Positions 1-14,361 of a DNA stretch of 64,000 nt are shown here, piece by piece. The translations under genes and the position numbers were made by a program. Origin of the DNA: Octopus vulgaris. Taxonomy: Eukaryota. The notes beneath the pieces are model-generated. The model was given only the letters and a program-made list of their open reading frames with translations, ran no database searches and had not been told where the DNA came from. The stretch covers positions 23,374,001 to 23,438,000 of the forward strand of contig OX597835.1 of the NCBI GenBank assembly GCA_951406725.2. Reading direction: 5' to 3'. How positions within the stretch are numbered: position 1 is the stretch's first letter; each line of letters starts with the position of its first letter.

Positions 1-398
1 GGGAATTTATACGATAATGCAGAAAAATAATTTTTGTATGATTTAAAGGTCGCTTTAGCTGTTGTTTTTAGCACAACTCACGACCACCTGATACCTTTCT
101 CGTTTTTTTGTCACTGACTTGTATTGATATTTTTCAATATTTTCTTCCCATAAACACATTTAATGGAATGATGGTGCACCCAAGGATGGCGCACAGCTGG
201 GATTTAAGAATAAAATTTCAGACTGTCTGTATTTTAAACTGATTTTTTTTTAATGCGCAATAATGCGAACTTTTAAGATTTATTTGGAAGTGGGGTAAAA
301 AAAATTTTAAAGAAAATTTTTTGGGCATAATTGTGTGAATTCCCAAGAGTGGAACACAAATTCGCAAAAGTTTTCGGAAATTCAAAAACTAAAAACGT

Positions 399-672
399 TA
401 ATAATAATAATAATAATAATAAAACATTGTGTACAGTGCTCAGGTGCACTACAACTCATCTAAAGTGTATGTATAGTACATAGGGTAATGTGCAAGCGTC
501 AGGAAAAGAACACTGCATGAGTCATGACGTACACATATGTGTATGAGTATGGAAGGGGGACAATCAGGTGTAGTTTCGGCGGATTTCGGAAAGCATGAGG
601 GCCTTAAAGGATGCAGTGTCATGGCAGTCAACAACTGACGCAGGCAGTTTGTTCCATGCTTTAGCAACTCTG
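399..672 (-). mobile_element. CR1-like LINE 3' end with (ATT)n tail
   Basis: Homologous to the 3' end of the 4490-5123 element. Confidence 0.75.
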
Positions 673-1489
673 GGCGGGGTAAAAAATTTTAAAAGAAAAT
701 TTCTTTGGCATAATTGTATGAATTCCCATTATTTTGAACACAAATTCGCAAAAGTTTTCGGAAATTCAAAAACTAAAAACGTCATGAGGTGTTACATGGG
801 ATGCCTAAACCAGAATTCCGCTGAAGGAAGTAGAATTAAATGGCTGTATTTTCAATTTTATTTTCTCATCAATAATGAGGAGTGAGAAAAAATTCTCTTA
901 ATTTTGAGAGTGGGAGCAGGATCAAGGGATTTCTCTGATTGAGAAGCAGTCTTAAAAGATGAAATGAAATACAGACGAAAACATGGATTTCTACAACAGG
1001 CACAAAGGCAGCAATTTGGTTAAAGAATGAAGTTGTTAAATCAACCCTGAACATATTACTGGTATTTATTTTCTCATAGGTCTGCAGGATAGGTGCTGCT
1101 GTGGGACTGAACAAAAAACATTGCAACTACACCATATTAAACAGTAGTACTCTTACATGTGTTGTTAAGGTAACCTCTACAAGGTGATTTCATCTATGCC
1201 AAGAGAATAGACTGGGTGGTCATGACTGGAATGTTTTTGATCTTAGATCTCCTACCCCAGGACTGCACACAAGGTCCTGTCCTTGTGATGTGGTAGATTG
1301 CATGCCCGAATGACTTTGAAAGCTATGCCAGTAGAACACAAACTCCTGGTGTGGCCTCTCATGCCAAACAGATCTATGCTCCATGTGCAGTGAAGGGCTT
1401 AAGTAAGTAAGGGCATGGGACTAAACAACAGTAACAAAGATTTTTTTCTCCATGCAATAGGACAATTAGGAAGGTGGCAAGCAGGCAGA

Positions 1490-2010
1490 CTCTCCCTCTC
1501 CCGAGAGTTCTCCACATTTAGTAGCCTTTCATAGTGGCACTTCCAAGCCTCCTCCTTCAGTGACCCATTATCCATGCGAACACATCTCCTACCACATCAC
1601 GATTTTCTCTGACACACTGTCTTGCAATCCAAAACACTTCAAGCCTCTGGTCCTCACAACACAGAACATTGGCAAACTTTCTCCTCTTTGCTTCTCCCCT
1701 GCCTATATACACCTGTCTTCTAGCCTCCCTCCTAGCTACTTGATATAATTCCCTGCTCCCACCACTCTTCCAGTCCTGCTTCTTTGCTATGATGACCTTG
1801 TCTATAGCATCATTCCACCCCCATGTTACCTTAGGTCTGGTTGGGATTTTGCACCCACTACAGATTTGGTCTGTGGCACTAAGCAAACTGTCCTGCCACA
1901 ATTCCTAGTTGCCATCTATATTACAAGTCTGTAATTCCTCTTCCTTCTCATCAAATTTGTCAATTAGGATGTCCCTAAATCTCTGACCGTATGAAGGATT
2001 CTTAAGCTTC
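1490..2010 (-). mobile_element. RTE-clade LINE fragment (region between endonuclease and RT)
   Basis: ORF 1557..1901: TWGWNDAIDKVI..K...RELYQVARREARRQV. Confidence 0.7.
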
Positions 2011-2772
2011 TATATTCTGAGTTCAAATTCTGCCAAGATCAACTTAGCCTTTCATCCTTTTGGAGTCAGTAAAATATAAGCACCAGTGAAATACTGGGGT
2101 CATTGTAATCGACTTACCTGCTCCCCTGAAATTGCTGATCTTATGCCAAAATTTTAAATCAAGATGTAGACTGTTAGGAGCATAAAAGTAGGTTAGTATG
2201 GGAGTGCACATTCATAAGGTCAGGAGTTCAATTTCAGAAACAGAGGATGCATTATGTACTTGAGCAAAGCACTTTATTTCATATCACTCTAGTCCACTCA
2301 CCTGTATATGAAAGCCAGCCTAGAGCTCTCTTTCATTCTACCTGTCTCATCATCAATGTTTTACTGGGTCAAAGGAGGGCAAACCAAGATAATTTCTATA
2401 TCTGCTCACGGCTACATAGGTACCTGAAACAACTACCAAAAGCATAAGAGTAGGTGAGCCAAGAAGGCCCTAGTCACTACTCACAACTATATATGCACCG
2501 GAAAACAGTGAGAGCATAAGGATGGATGAATCCAGAGGGTTTCTATATCTGCTCACAATTATGTAGGCACCTAAATTCGTAAAAGCCACTTACTCTTTTA
2601 CTTGTTTCAGTCATTTGACTGTGGCCATGCTGGAGCACCGCCTTTAGTCGAGCAAATCGACCCCCGGGACTTATTCTATCGGTCTCTTTTGCCGAACCGC
2701 TGAGTGACGGGTACGTAAACACACCAGCATCGGTTGTCAAGCGATGGTGGGTGGACAAACACAGACACACAA

Positions 2773-2803
<31 letters not shown>

Positions 2804-4489
2804 CATATATACGACAGGCTTCTTTCAGTTTCCGTCTACCAAATCCACTCACAGGGCATTGGTCGGCCCGGGGCTATAGCAGAAGACACTTGCTGAAGAT
2901 GCCATGCAGTAGGACTGAACCCGGAACCGTGTGGTTGGTAAGCAAGCTACTTACCAAACAGCCACTCCTGCGCCTAGTTTCACATTTTGGCACAAGGCCA
3001 GCAGTTTCAGGGAAGCAGGTAAATCAGTTACATTAACCCCAGTGTTCAACTGGTACTCATCTTATTGAACCCAAAACGATAAAAGGTAGAATCAACCTTG
3101 GTGCCATTTGAACTCAGAATGTAAAGCCAGAAGAAATGCCGCTAAGCCCTTTTTCTGGTATTCTTTTATTTATTTTAGTCGTTTGACTGTGGTCATGCTG
3201 GAGCACTGCCTTTAGCCAGACAAATCAAACCCAGGACTTATTCTTTGTAAGACTAGTACTTATTCTATCAGTCTCTTTTTCTGAACCACTAAGTTACGGG
3301 GAGGTAAACACGCCAACATCAGTTGTCAATCGATGATGGGGGAACAAACACAGACACACAAACATATTTATATAACGGCTTCTTTCAGTTTCTGTCTACC
3401 AAATCCACTCACAAAGCTTTGGTCGGCCCGAGGCTATAAGTAGAAGACACTTGCCCAAGGTGCCACACAGTGGGACTGAACCCAGAACCATGTGGTTGGT
3501 AAGCAGACTACTTACCACACAATTCTGCCAGCTCATTACCTTAATGAAACCTAATTAGTAAAAGCATGGTACAATTAACCAGTTTATACTCCACCAAAGC
3601 TACCTACGTATGTGTGTGTGTCTGTGTTTGTGTTTGTGTGTTGGTAGCAACAGCATTAACTCACATTCAAGTAGCTAACCTGTAGTGAGTGATTGAGTCT
3701 CACCATCCAGATGGGTGTGAAGCATGCCAGTGCCCGAAGGGGCTGTTCAGGTCAAGGGTGATATAGAAGAGTCAGTGGCATTTATTGCAGGGAAGGGTTT
3801 GCAGGTACAAGGAAGTGCCAGTTGCTCTTTGTGACTTCAACGTCTGATCTCTACATCTTGATGTCTGTTGTTTTCCATCTGGTCTGTTCCCTTGACGATG
3901 ACACCCCCACAACTTTGGGTGGTCCTTTGCAATTGTTTCTCAGATATTTTCTATTTACATCAGCCCTAGTGCTCAGCTGGTACTTACCTTATCTATTTCT
4001 TTATTGCCCACAAGGGGCTAAACATAGAGGGGACAAACAAGGACAGACAAAGGGATTAAGTCAATTACATCGACCCCAGTGTGTAACTGGTACTTTATTT
4101 AATCGACCCTGAAAGGATAAAAGGCAAAGTCAACCTCGGCGGAATTTGAACTCAGAACGCAGCGGCGGACGAAGTACTGCAAAGCATTTCGCCCAGTGTG
4201 CTAACGTTTCTGCCAGCTCGCCGCCTTATCGACCCTGAAACGATGATAGGCAAAGTCAACCTTGGCGGAATTTGAACTCAGAACGCAGCGGCGGACGAAG
4301 TACTGCAAAGCATTTCGCCCAGTGTGCTCGCCGCCTTATCGACCCTGAAAGGATGATAGGCAAAGTCAACCTCAGTGGAATTTCAACTCAGAATGTAAAG
4401 ATGGACGAAATGTCACTCAGCCTTTTTCCCAGCATGCTAATTGACTAAGCAAAATGCTGGCATTATATAATAATGTTGTGTGGAAGTAA

Positions 4490-5123
4490 TAATAATAATA
4501 ATGAAATTATTGTATACAGTGCTCAGGTGCACCACAACTTGTCAGAAAGTGCATATAAAGTATATGCAGTAATGTACAAATGTCTGGAAAGTGAACAATG
4601 TATGAGTCAGATACATGCTTGTGTGTGTATCGGAGGGGAGAAAATCAGGTGTAGTGTTGGCGAATCTCAGAAAGCATGGAAGTTTTGAAGGATGCAGTGC
4701 TCAGACAACTAACAACTGATGCCGGCAGTTTGTTCCATGCTTCAGCAACTCTCAGTGTGAAAAAATGTTTCCTAAAGTCATTCTGACTTCGTAAATATGT
4801 CCACGGGTGTTAGACAGGTGGAGTTTCAAAAGGTGCTCAGAGTTATTGTTAGTAAGATGGTTAATAATTTTATGGGTGTCTGCCAAGTCAGCTGCCAGAT
4901 GTTGGAGTTTCAATGTGTCCATGCCAAGGGAAGTAAGGCGTTCAGAATATGGCAAATGCCTGATGGAGGGTATTCTTTTGGTTGCACGTCGCTGAACGGC
5001 TTCCAGACAATTAATATCCTGGGCAAGATAGGGGTTCCAGACCGGTGATGCAAGTTCCAGGTGAGGTCTTACCATAGCTATATAAAGCCACAGATAGATA
5101 GCCGGAGAGCGGCTCACAAAGGA
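4490..5123 (-). mobile_element. CR1-clade LINE, 5'-truncated (RT C-terminus plus 3'UTR)
   Basis: ORF 4752..5174: LYIAMVRPHLELASPVWNPY...LEAVQRRATKRIP...YSERL...TRGH; (ATT)n tail. Confidence 0.9.
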
Positions 5124-7418
5124 CACCCCTATTGGTTGGCTCCTAATGGAGTGTCCCACAATATAAATGGACATATGCAGAGGGACTTCAGAGCAGTGTA
5201 AAGTAGGGTAAAGCTGAGAGTTGTGTATTGTTGAGGGTTATTACCAGTACCCTGAGTAGAATGATTTGCGAGGACATTATTAATATCCAGTTATATCGTA
5301 CATTGAACACACAATACAACAAATAATAAAGCCGACTCTGACGGGATTGCAATCCGGAATGTAAAGCATTTTATTTGGTGCACTATAAATTCTGCTCAAA
5401 ACATAAATTTACGGAAAATAATGACAAAACAATTTTTTTTTATTGAAAACTATATATTATTTATTTTATTTTTTACCTTTTGAGATTGCAAGATACAACC
5501 ACATACATACATTTATATACATATTTAAATACATGCATACATATCCATATGAATTTACACACACACACACACACACACGCGCATGCATTTTCACACATAC
5601 ACAAAAAATAACAATAATTATTAGTTGATATTTTCGTGTAAATTAATATATTAACTGACTTAACAATACAAATAAGGTAAGCAATATTTGAATAGGAGTG
5701 AGAGGGCAATGAATATGCATCACTCTCACCACCAGTCAAGCAGAGAAAATATTTATTACAATACTGAAGTTGACTACTTTTCCATTACTCCAAATTTCTT
5801 GCTGAATAGGCAATCAGCAGGTTTTAATAAATGTCAGCAGGGAGGTGTAACAGCAAAAAAAAGTGTTTCCAATGTCAATGGGCTTCTTTCAATAACATTC
5901 AGCATCACGTGATACCATAAAGTAAACTTTAGGTTTGACTTATTTATATCGGATGGTCAAATGCATCAAAAAAATATTCCTAATACTAAAAATTTTTCCA
6001 TTGCCTTTCAACAGTACAAGACAGTAGGCTGTAAACTACCAGTCAATCTTGTTAAAATCTGGGAGTTCAATTTGATTCTATTGCTCCGTCATAGTTTGCC
6101 AGGCAGAACTTATTTTCATGAGAGCATTTTTACGTTATCTCTCTCTCTGATTAAAATATATGTTAGCTTCCAGAATATATGAGACTTCTAAGCAATAGCT
6201 AGCTGATGGTACTTTGTACCATTTATATATGGAGTGCTATATTCAATAACTAAGAACTTGATATTACAATTGTCATTTAATTATTTAATTAACATTCATT
6301 TAATTATCTATCATGACATAAGGTTGTGACATTCCCCTTTCTATCATGCCTGAAAATGGATTTGTCATTCAAGTGGGAGCATTTAAAGTAACCTCCATTC
6401 ACACCAATATAACACTTTATGTTAAGCATTTTCCATCCAAAAGATAGTTCTTGTTAGTCCTACAGTTACACTCAATCTCTAGAGAGTGATACAAATTGGC
6501 TTCTAAAGTTTACTCTTTATAATACAGCCAATTTTTCATAGTTATAATTGGTTTTGATATTCATCATCATCATCATCATTTAAAGTCTGCCTTCCATGCT
6601 GGCATGGGTTGGACACTTTGACAGGAGCCAGCCAGGTGATACCAGACTTCTGTGTCTGTTTTGGCATGGTTTTTAATACAATATGTGGTACTTGTAACTG
6701 TTTAGGAAGTGATTTTATTTCTCAATTTTTTTCTTTTTATTGGTACTAAAAATTGTTAGCAATGTTTCATAATAATCATTCGAAATTTTTGTTAAAAAAA
6801 AAAAGAAAAAGAAAAATGTTTAAATCAGATGATGTTGCATTTTCTGGGGTTTTTTTTGTCATTTTTCCTCCTTTTTTAGTAAGTAATTATTAATGTTGAT
6901 AAGATTTCTTTTCATTCACATACAATAGCTGCTGTTCCATTAAGAAAATAAAGTAATAGAAAAATCATACTTAATAATAATAATAACTATAATTATAATT
7001 ATTATTATTTCTAGCACAGGGTCAATCAATACCATCAATCTCAGTACTTGACTGGTACTTTATTTTATCAGCCCCAAAAAGGATGAAAGGCAAAGCTGAC
7101 CATGGCAGGAACTGAACATAATAATAATAATAACATTTGCATCATTTACATATTAATGATAACATGTATATATAAACACACACACATACACACACACAAA
7201 CTGGGACTCTCACACATAATTTCAACATCCGTTTATTATTAACATTGAATGCATTTTATAATTTTAGATTCCTTTGATTGTATTATCTGGTTTACCTATT
7301 TTATATGTATACACACATACATGTACATACAGATACATATATAAATATACATACACAGACACTGACAGGCATACACATATGCGCATATATATGCGTGTGT
7401 GTGTGTGGTGTGTGTATA

Positions 7419-7457
<39 letters not shown>

Positions 7458-7505
7458 TATACATATAAGCATACATATACATTCACATATATACATAAGT
7501 ATCTA

Positions 7506-7539
<34 letters not shown>

Positions 7540-7583
7540 CATACACAACACACACATACATGTATATGTGTGTGAACACACAT

Positions 7584-7623
<40 letters not shown>

Positions 7624-7787
7624 TATATATACATGCAGACACTGTCAGTATGTGTGTGAGTATGTCTGGAATGATGATTATCAAATTTGATTGGTAAACT
7701 TCAAAGACACTGCTTTTCTGCATAGGGGTTCTATATGGAAATGCTGATCCTAGTCTGAGGGGAAACACAGACATTCTACTATGACAT

Positions 7788-7847
7788 TCACGTAAGTTTG
7801 ACATTAGTCTGAGATTCAGCAGTGTCTTCATCCATTTCTTCCCAAAT
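7788..7847 (-). CDS. IP3K1: IP3 3-kinase terminal coding exon (IWEEMDEDTAESQTNVKLT*)
   Basis: tttattccag acceptor, phase 0; completes the GLDNIIQIWEEM helix; TGA at 7788-7790. Confidence 0.82.
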   Translation of the reverse strand: MWEEMDEDTAESQTNVKLT

Positions 7848-8260
7848 CTGGAATAAATCAAAGAAATACATCATATTATTATTATTATTATAAAATGTAT
7901 CTTTCTGGAGTGTGTTCTATGTATACATCATATATACATGTGTGTGTGTGTGTGTGAGTGAGAGAGACAGAGAGAGAGAGAGTTGTGTATTTCCATACAC
8001 ATGCAGGTTGTAGTACTGTGGATGTGTGCTTCCATAAATGTGTGTGTGTTTTTGAGATTTATGAAAATCTGTACAGAAATTCATGTTGAAATCTATGCTT
8101 GTGTGGACATGTGAATCTATTTCTTTCTCTCTCTCTCTCTTTTCACGAACCTAATACACACACATATTCCAGAAGTTTATCGTTTAAGTATATATGAGCA
8201 TGTCCAGATATGCAAGTATATGCATGAGAAAACATACATAAAACAAAACATACAAATCTG

Positions 8261-8303
<43 letters not shown>

Positions 8304-11300
8304 GCATTCAAAAATAAAATACCCTGTGGCTGATGTTGAAGCTCCAATGAAGGAGCCTTCGATCTAAGTTAGAAACCAGCTCTTTCTCTATTGGCAAGAA
8401 ATCTTGAGATAAAAACTGAATAATGACACATATATATAGTAGTGTAGGCATGGCAGCGTGGTAAAGAGGTTCAAATTGCAAGCTTAGGGTTTGGGGTTCA
8501 GGCACACTTCATAACACCTTTAGTAAATACCTTCTGCTGTGGCCAGAGACCACCCAATACCTTGTGAGTGGGTCTGACGGAGGAAAATTGTACAAAATCC
8601 ATTGTCATCATCATCATCATTATTTAACATCCATTGACCATACTGACATGGTTTCGACAGTTTGACCAGGGCTGTCAAAGTGGAAGGCTGCACCAGACTC
8701 CAGTCTGATTTGGCATGGTTTTCTACAGCTGGAAGCCCTTCCTAACACCAACCATTCTGAGAGTGTAATGGGTGTCAAAACTGTGATTTTGCTCAGCTTG
8801 ATGGCTCTTCTTCTCAAGCATAATATAACACCAAAGGTCTTGGTCATTGCTTCCATAAGGCCTAATGCTCAAAAGGAACTCAGCTACTTTGCCTCCTTGA
8901 GCCCCAACACTTGAAAGGAACTCGGTCACTTTGCCTCCATGAGGCCCAACGCTCGAAAGGAACTCAGCCACTTTGCCTCTGTGAGGCCTAACGCTTGAAA
9001 GGAACTCAACCATTTTGCTGCATGACGCCCAATGTTCAAAAGGTGCTCTTTACGTGCCACTGGCACAGGTGCCAATTATGTGGCACCAGCATCGGCCATG
9101 ACTATGATTTCACTTGGCTTGACAGGTCTCAAGCACAGTGTATTGCCAAAGGTCTCAGACACTAGTCATAGCCTCTGTGAGACTCAAAGTTCGAAGATCA
9201 TGCTGCATCACTTTGTTGCATGTCTTCCTGGGTCTGCTTCTGTGACAGATTCCCTCCACAGTTAGAGATTGGCACTTCTTTACACAGCTGTCCTCATCCA
9301 TATGCATCACATGACTTGTGTGTATGGTAAGTTCCAAACCTGCATATATATGTGTGTGTGTGTGTGTGAATATATATATATTTATTGTCTGTGCATGTGA
9401 CAATGCATGTTAATCAATAGAGAATATACCTGTATGATATTATCTAAACCGAAGAGAACACCATCTTCATAGGAATTCTTCTTCCAGCGGCTGCGGTGGT
9501 CAATTTGGATGTGGTCTGGTACAGGAGTTGTCTTTGTGAAATCTATTAGCCAGACCCCAGTTTTGCCAGTGCTGTCATATATTGCCAATAACGAACTTCC
9601 AATTAACTGAAAAAAAAAAAAAAAAAAAAAAAAAATTATTGTTAAATTCAAACTTCTTTTGAGTCGTCCCTCACTACAATACTTGCTGATCCTTATTCTA
9701 ATTTTCAAAATAAGCACAAGGCCAGAAATTTGGTGGAGTGAGGCAGGGAAGTGTATAATTGATTGTATGTAACTAGTATTTATTCTTTCCACCCTAGAGG
9801 GATGGAAAGTAAAAGCTGATCTAAGTGGAATTTGAACTCAAAATAAAGTGAAGAGTTGCCCAACACTCTCATGGTTCTTCCAATCCACCACCTAAAAGGT
9901 TATTATTATGTTGACTTCAAATTTTGGCACAATGCCAGCAATTTAGAAGGAAGGATTAAGTTGATTATATCAACACTTGAATTTAACTGGTACTTATTTT
10001 ATCAACCCTGAAAGGATGAAAGACAAAGTCAACCTTGGTGGAATTTGAACTCAAAACATAAAAAACAGATGAAATGCTGCTAAGCATTTTGTGTGGCATG
10101 TGTGGGATGACGTCAGCAGCTGGGGAGCTGACCGGAACTTGGGGCTGAGCGGAAGGGGCAGCGGTGACACGCGTGCAGCGAGGGCAGGATTCTGCCTTTT
10201 TTCGAGTCAGGTCGCCGAGTGGGTAAGACGGGTCAGCATGTTGTTAAGGTTTGGGAGAAGCAGCTGCTATCTCTAGCATTCGGGTCGGGCTGTGTTGAAG
10301 GATCCATTACCGCTGAAGGGTCTCCATCTGAGCGAAGATAAGGTAGGTGCCTTTATTTCGAATCTCTCGCATACACCACAGCATGCTAATGATTCTGCTA
10401 GCACATCACCTTACCTTAATCAAATATTAAGAGGGAATGGGGAAAGAGGAAGGAAAGGAATGGGATGGAGTAGTTTAGGTAAGAAGTGACTTTTACCTGG
10501 TGTTTCATGAAAAATGTTGATGATTCTAAAACGGAACGCATCTCTCTGAGACGCCGAAGAAACGAGTGTCGTACTACTTTGTTTCGCAAAAATTTGTGAA
10601 TGATATGTGTAACCTGGGGAAGAGAGAAAAACAAAATGAACAAAACAAATATATGGATTAAAAGCCATGCTAACGTTGTAAACATTACTGACCAAATATA
10701 CTCGATGTGTTTTGCTTGTTTGCTGAGGTACAGCATTCAGGGGATGACTCCTGTTTAGCACTGGGTGTTAAAACACCTGAGATTCCTAGACATGGAAGAC
10801 AATTCACCTCCAATCTCTTTCAGGTGTGATGGATACCGATATTTCACTATTTTTGTGACTTGTCAACATCATGTACCTGAATCAGACGGGGGACAAACTC
10901 AATGACCAACCTATAACTCTATACAAATAGTGTCAGAACTACTTGCTGGCATGCTACAGCAATGCATATATAAGATTAAATTGAATTCTGAATTAAAACC
11001 AGCACTAGCCATTTCAAAAGTTTGATTACAACAAAACATAAGTCCTCACAAGAGTGTTCATAATGTAGTTAACATATGTAGTGATGTTGTTTAGCTCCAG
11101 GTCAACCCTAAGCAAACTTCTGAGCGAAGATGTTCCAGTTGTGACCATGCTTTTCCTTTTTGTTTCTCCTAGGCATAGTGTATGTACCTGAACCCGTCTA
11201 ACACCTGTGGACATATTTACAAAGTCAGAAAACAGCACAGTTCCCATGACTTTAGGAGACATTTTTTCACGCTGAGAGTTGCTGAAGCATGGAACAAACT

Positions 11301-14087
11301 GCTGGCATCAGTTGTTAGTTGTCGGAGCACTGCATCCTTCAAAACTTCCATGCTTTCTGAGATTCGCCAACACTACACCTGATTTTCTCCCCTCCATACA
11401 CACACAAGTATGTATCTGACTCCTACATTGTTCGCTTTCCAGACATTTGTACATTACTGCATATACTTTATATGCACTGTCTGACAAGTTGTGGTGCATT
11501 TGAGCATTGTATACAATAATTTTATTATCATCATCATCATCATTTAACGTCCGCTGCACCAGGACCAGTCTGATCTGGCAGTGTTTCTACAGCTGGATGC
11601 CCTTCCTAACACCAACCACTCCGTGAGTGTAGTGGGTGCTTTTTACGTACCACCGGCACAGGTGCCAGACGGGGCTGGCAGACGACCACGATTGGATGGT
11701 GCTTTTTATGTGCCACCGGCACGGGAACCAGACGAAGCTGGCAACGGCCACGGTCGGATGGTGCTTTTTACGTGCCACCGACACGGAGGCCAGTCGGGCG
11801 GCACTATTATATTATTATCAACTGTATGCTTCATTTCTTTTTTAAGATTGTTGGTTGTGATTTAAAGGAGATTTGATTGCTATTTCTAGAAGCCAGAGCA
11901 AAAGAAAGGGTCCTTTATTGGCTTTTGTGTAAAAATGTGATCCCTATATGTGAATATTTGTTTATTTAAAACCATAGTCTTTGATTCAGGGAAATTTGAG
12001 AAATCCAGCAGGGGGAAATTCTTTATCGTTTTTTGTTCTATTATGCACTCAATTTATTTTCCTTAATACTGATGTTAATATTAAATTGACGCTGCAGTAA
12101 AAGATTTAAGTTAATTTTAACCTCTGTGTATAAAAGACTACTTTTTCTTATACACCGGAGTAAATTGGGAAATTGAACTGGTAAAGGGAGATAATTACCA
12201 ATACATCTTTTATAATTATTTCCCTTCGTAACATTCTTCGCTGGAGATGATATATTTTGCAAAAACACTTCACTCAAAGAAACGCTCTTGTATTCCACCT
12301 TCTCATCATGAACAATCTCGGAATAAAAGCCGCAAAGTCACTACAAATGCTAGATTTCACAACCTCGGACGATCGTACTTACTGAACCGATGTACGTACG
12401 TACGTACATACATACATACATACATACACACATACGTCTGGTGGTGTGGGCTTTGGCCTAGTCACCCGTATTGTAAACCAGTATAAGGGCTGTACAGGCA
12501 CTATACAGAGATGCCGTCAATGGGGTTAGGATTGGAAATGAGTATAGTGAAGAATTCCGGGTAGAAGTAGGGGTCTACCAAGGATCAGCCCTCAGCCACC
12601 ACTTATTCATCATAGTCCTCCAGATAATAACAGAGAAATTCAAGACAAGTTGCCCCTGGGAACTCCTCTATGCTGATGATCTGGCCCTCATAGCAGAATC
12701 ACAACCAGAACTAGAGAAGAAGCTTCAAATCTGGAAGCAAGGTTTAGAATCGAAAGGCCTTAGAGTCAATGGTGCAAAGACCAAAGTTCTAGTTAGTAGG
12801 AAGACGAACACATCACATGACCCTTCATGTAGGTGGCCCTGCTCGATCTTTAGAAAAGGTGTAGGTAGAAATTCCATTGGATGCTAATGGGCTAGACATT
12901 ATCTCTGAGTTTACCTGTCTCTCTCACTTCAGCATCTCTCTGGTAATAGGAATGTTCCGTCATTGACTAGCAATGCATAGCATTCTCATGGTTATGCCGA
13001 TCCAATAGTGATCATCACTCATGACTCTGAGGCTGAGTTACTTTCATACAACTCACATTTGATATTATGAAGCAGAGGAAATAAAACAATAAAGATTCTA
13101 AATCTATGGACTTACTTGTTCTCTTGTTTTGACTTTTTTCAAATTAGCATTTGGTGCTTCTCCAGACATCTGCAACAGATACAGAGGATGATTAACTCAG
13201 CAGAATTTTTAAATGGTTTTTCTCACACAGACAGACACAAAAATAGACATGTACAAACATACACTGAAACATATATAGTTATACAGTACACATAAACAAA
13301 CACACACACACACACATATATATTTATATACATATATATACATTCTGTTGTGTCTGGGGAGGGTCATTTGCTTTTTGTGCCTTATAATGTAACACACTCA
13401 CTGGTAAAATTTCCAGACTATTGAAAAGGTTGCAAGACGCAACAAAAATTTTAGGAAAATAAAAATAAGTGGAAATTTTACCGGTGAGTGTGTTACATTA
13501 TAAGGCACAAAAAGAAAATTATTTCCCCAGACACAACAGAATATGCTTCAACACACGAACTCATATAAAGAATCTTGCAAACCAAATCCAAAAACAGAAT
13601 ATATATAAATATATATATATACATATATATATGTGTGTGTGTGTGACTTTGGAGGGATATGTTACCTGGGCGGATACTGTATTGGCTCTTAGTTAAGTTC
13701 CAATTAATGGCTAACAACTTCAATCAGTATTTAATGTCTGTGATTACTATTGTTGTTAATCACTCTGTGAATTCTTTTGATGGTTAATTCCATGTAAATG
13801 CTTTGCTGGATGGTAAAAACTGTCTGGAGTATATATTATTATTAATAATAATAAACAGTATGGAGACTTCAACATCCACAAAATTTATTTTATGACTTAA
13901 TACTTACATATAAATGTGTGTGTGTGTCTGTGTGTATATATATATACACACACACATATACATGGTTCCGGGTTCAGTCCCACTGCATGGCACCTTGGGC
14001 AAGTGTCTTCTACTATAGCCTCAGGCCAACCAAAGCCTTGTGAGTGGAATTCGTAGACGGTAACTGAAAGAAGCCTGTTGTATATAT

Positions 14088-14120
<33 letters not shown>

Positions 14121-14330
14121 ATTATATGTTTGTGTGCCTGTGTTTGTCGCCCCAACATTGCTTGATAACCGATGCTGGCGTGTTTATGTCCCCGTAACTT
14201 AGCAGTTCGATAAAAGAGACCGATAGAATAAGTACTAGTATTACAAAGAATAAGACCTGGGGTCGATTTGCTCGACTAAAGGTGGTGCTCCAGCATGGCC
14301 ACAGTCACATGACTGAAACAAGTAAAAGAG

Positions 14331-14361
<31 letters not shown>

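Noticed and set aside
8858-9040. Regular repeats resembling a CRISPR array
   Set aside because: Head-to-tail 42-bp units with no unique spacers, inside a retroposon, in eukaryotic DNA with no cas genes
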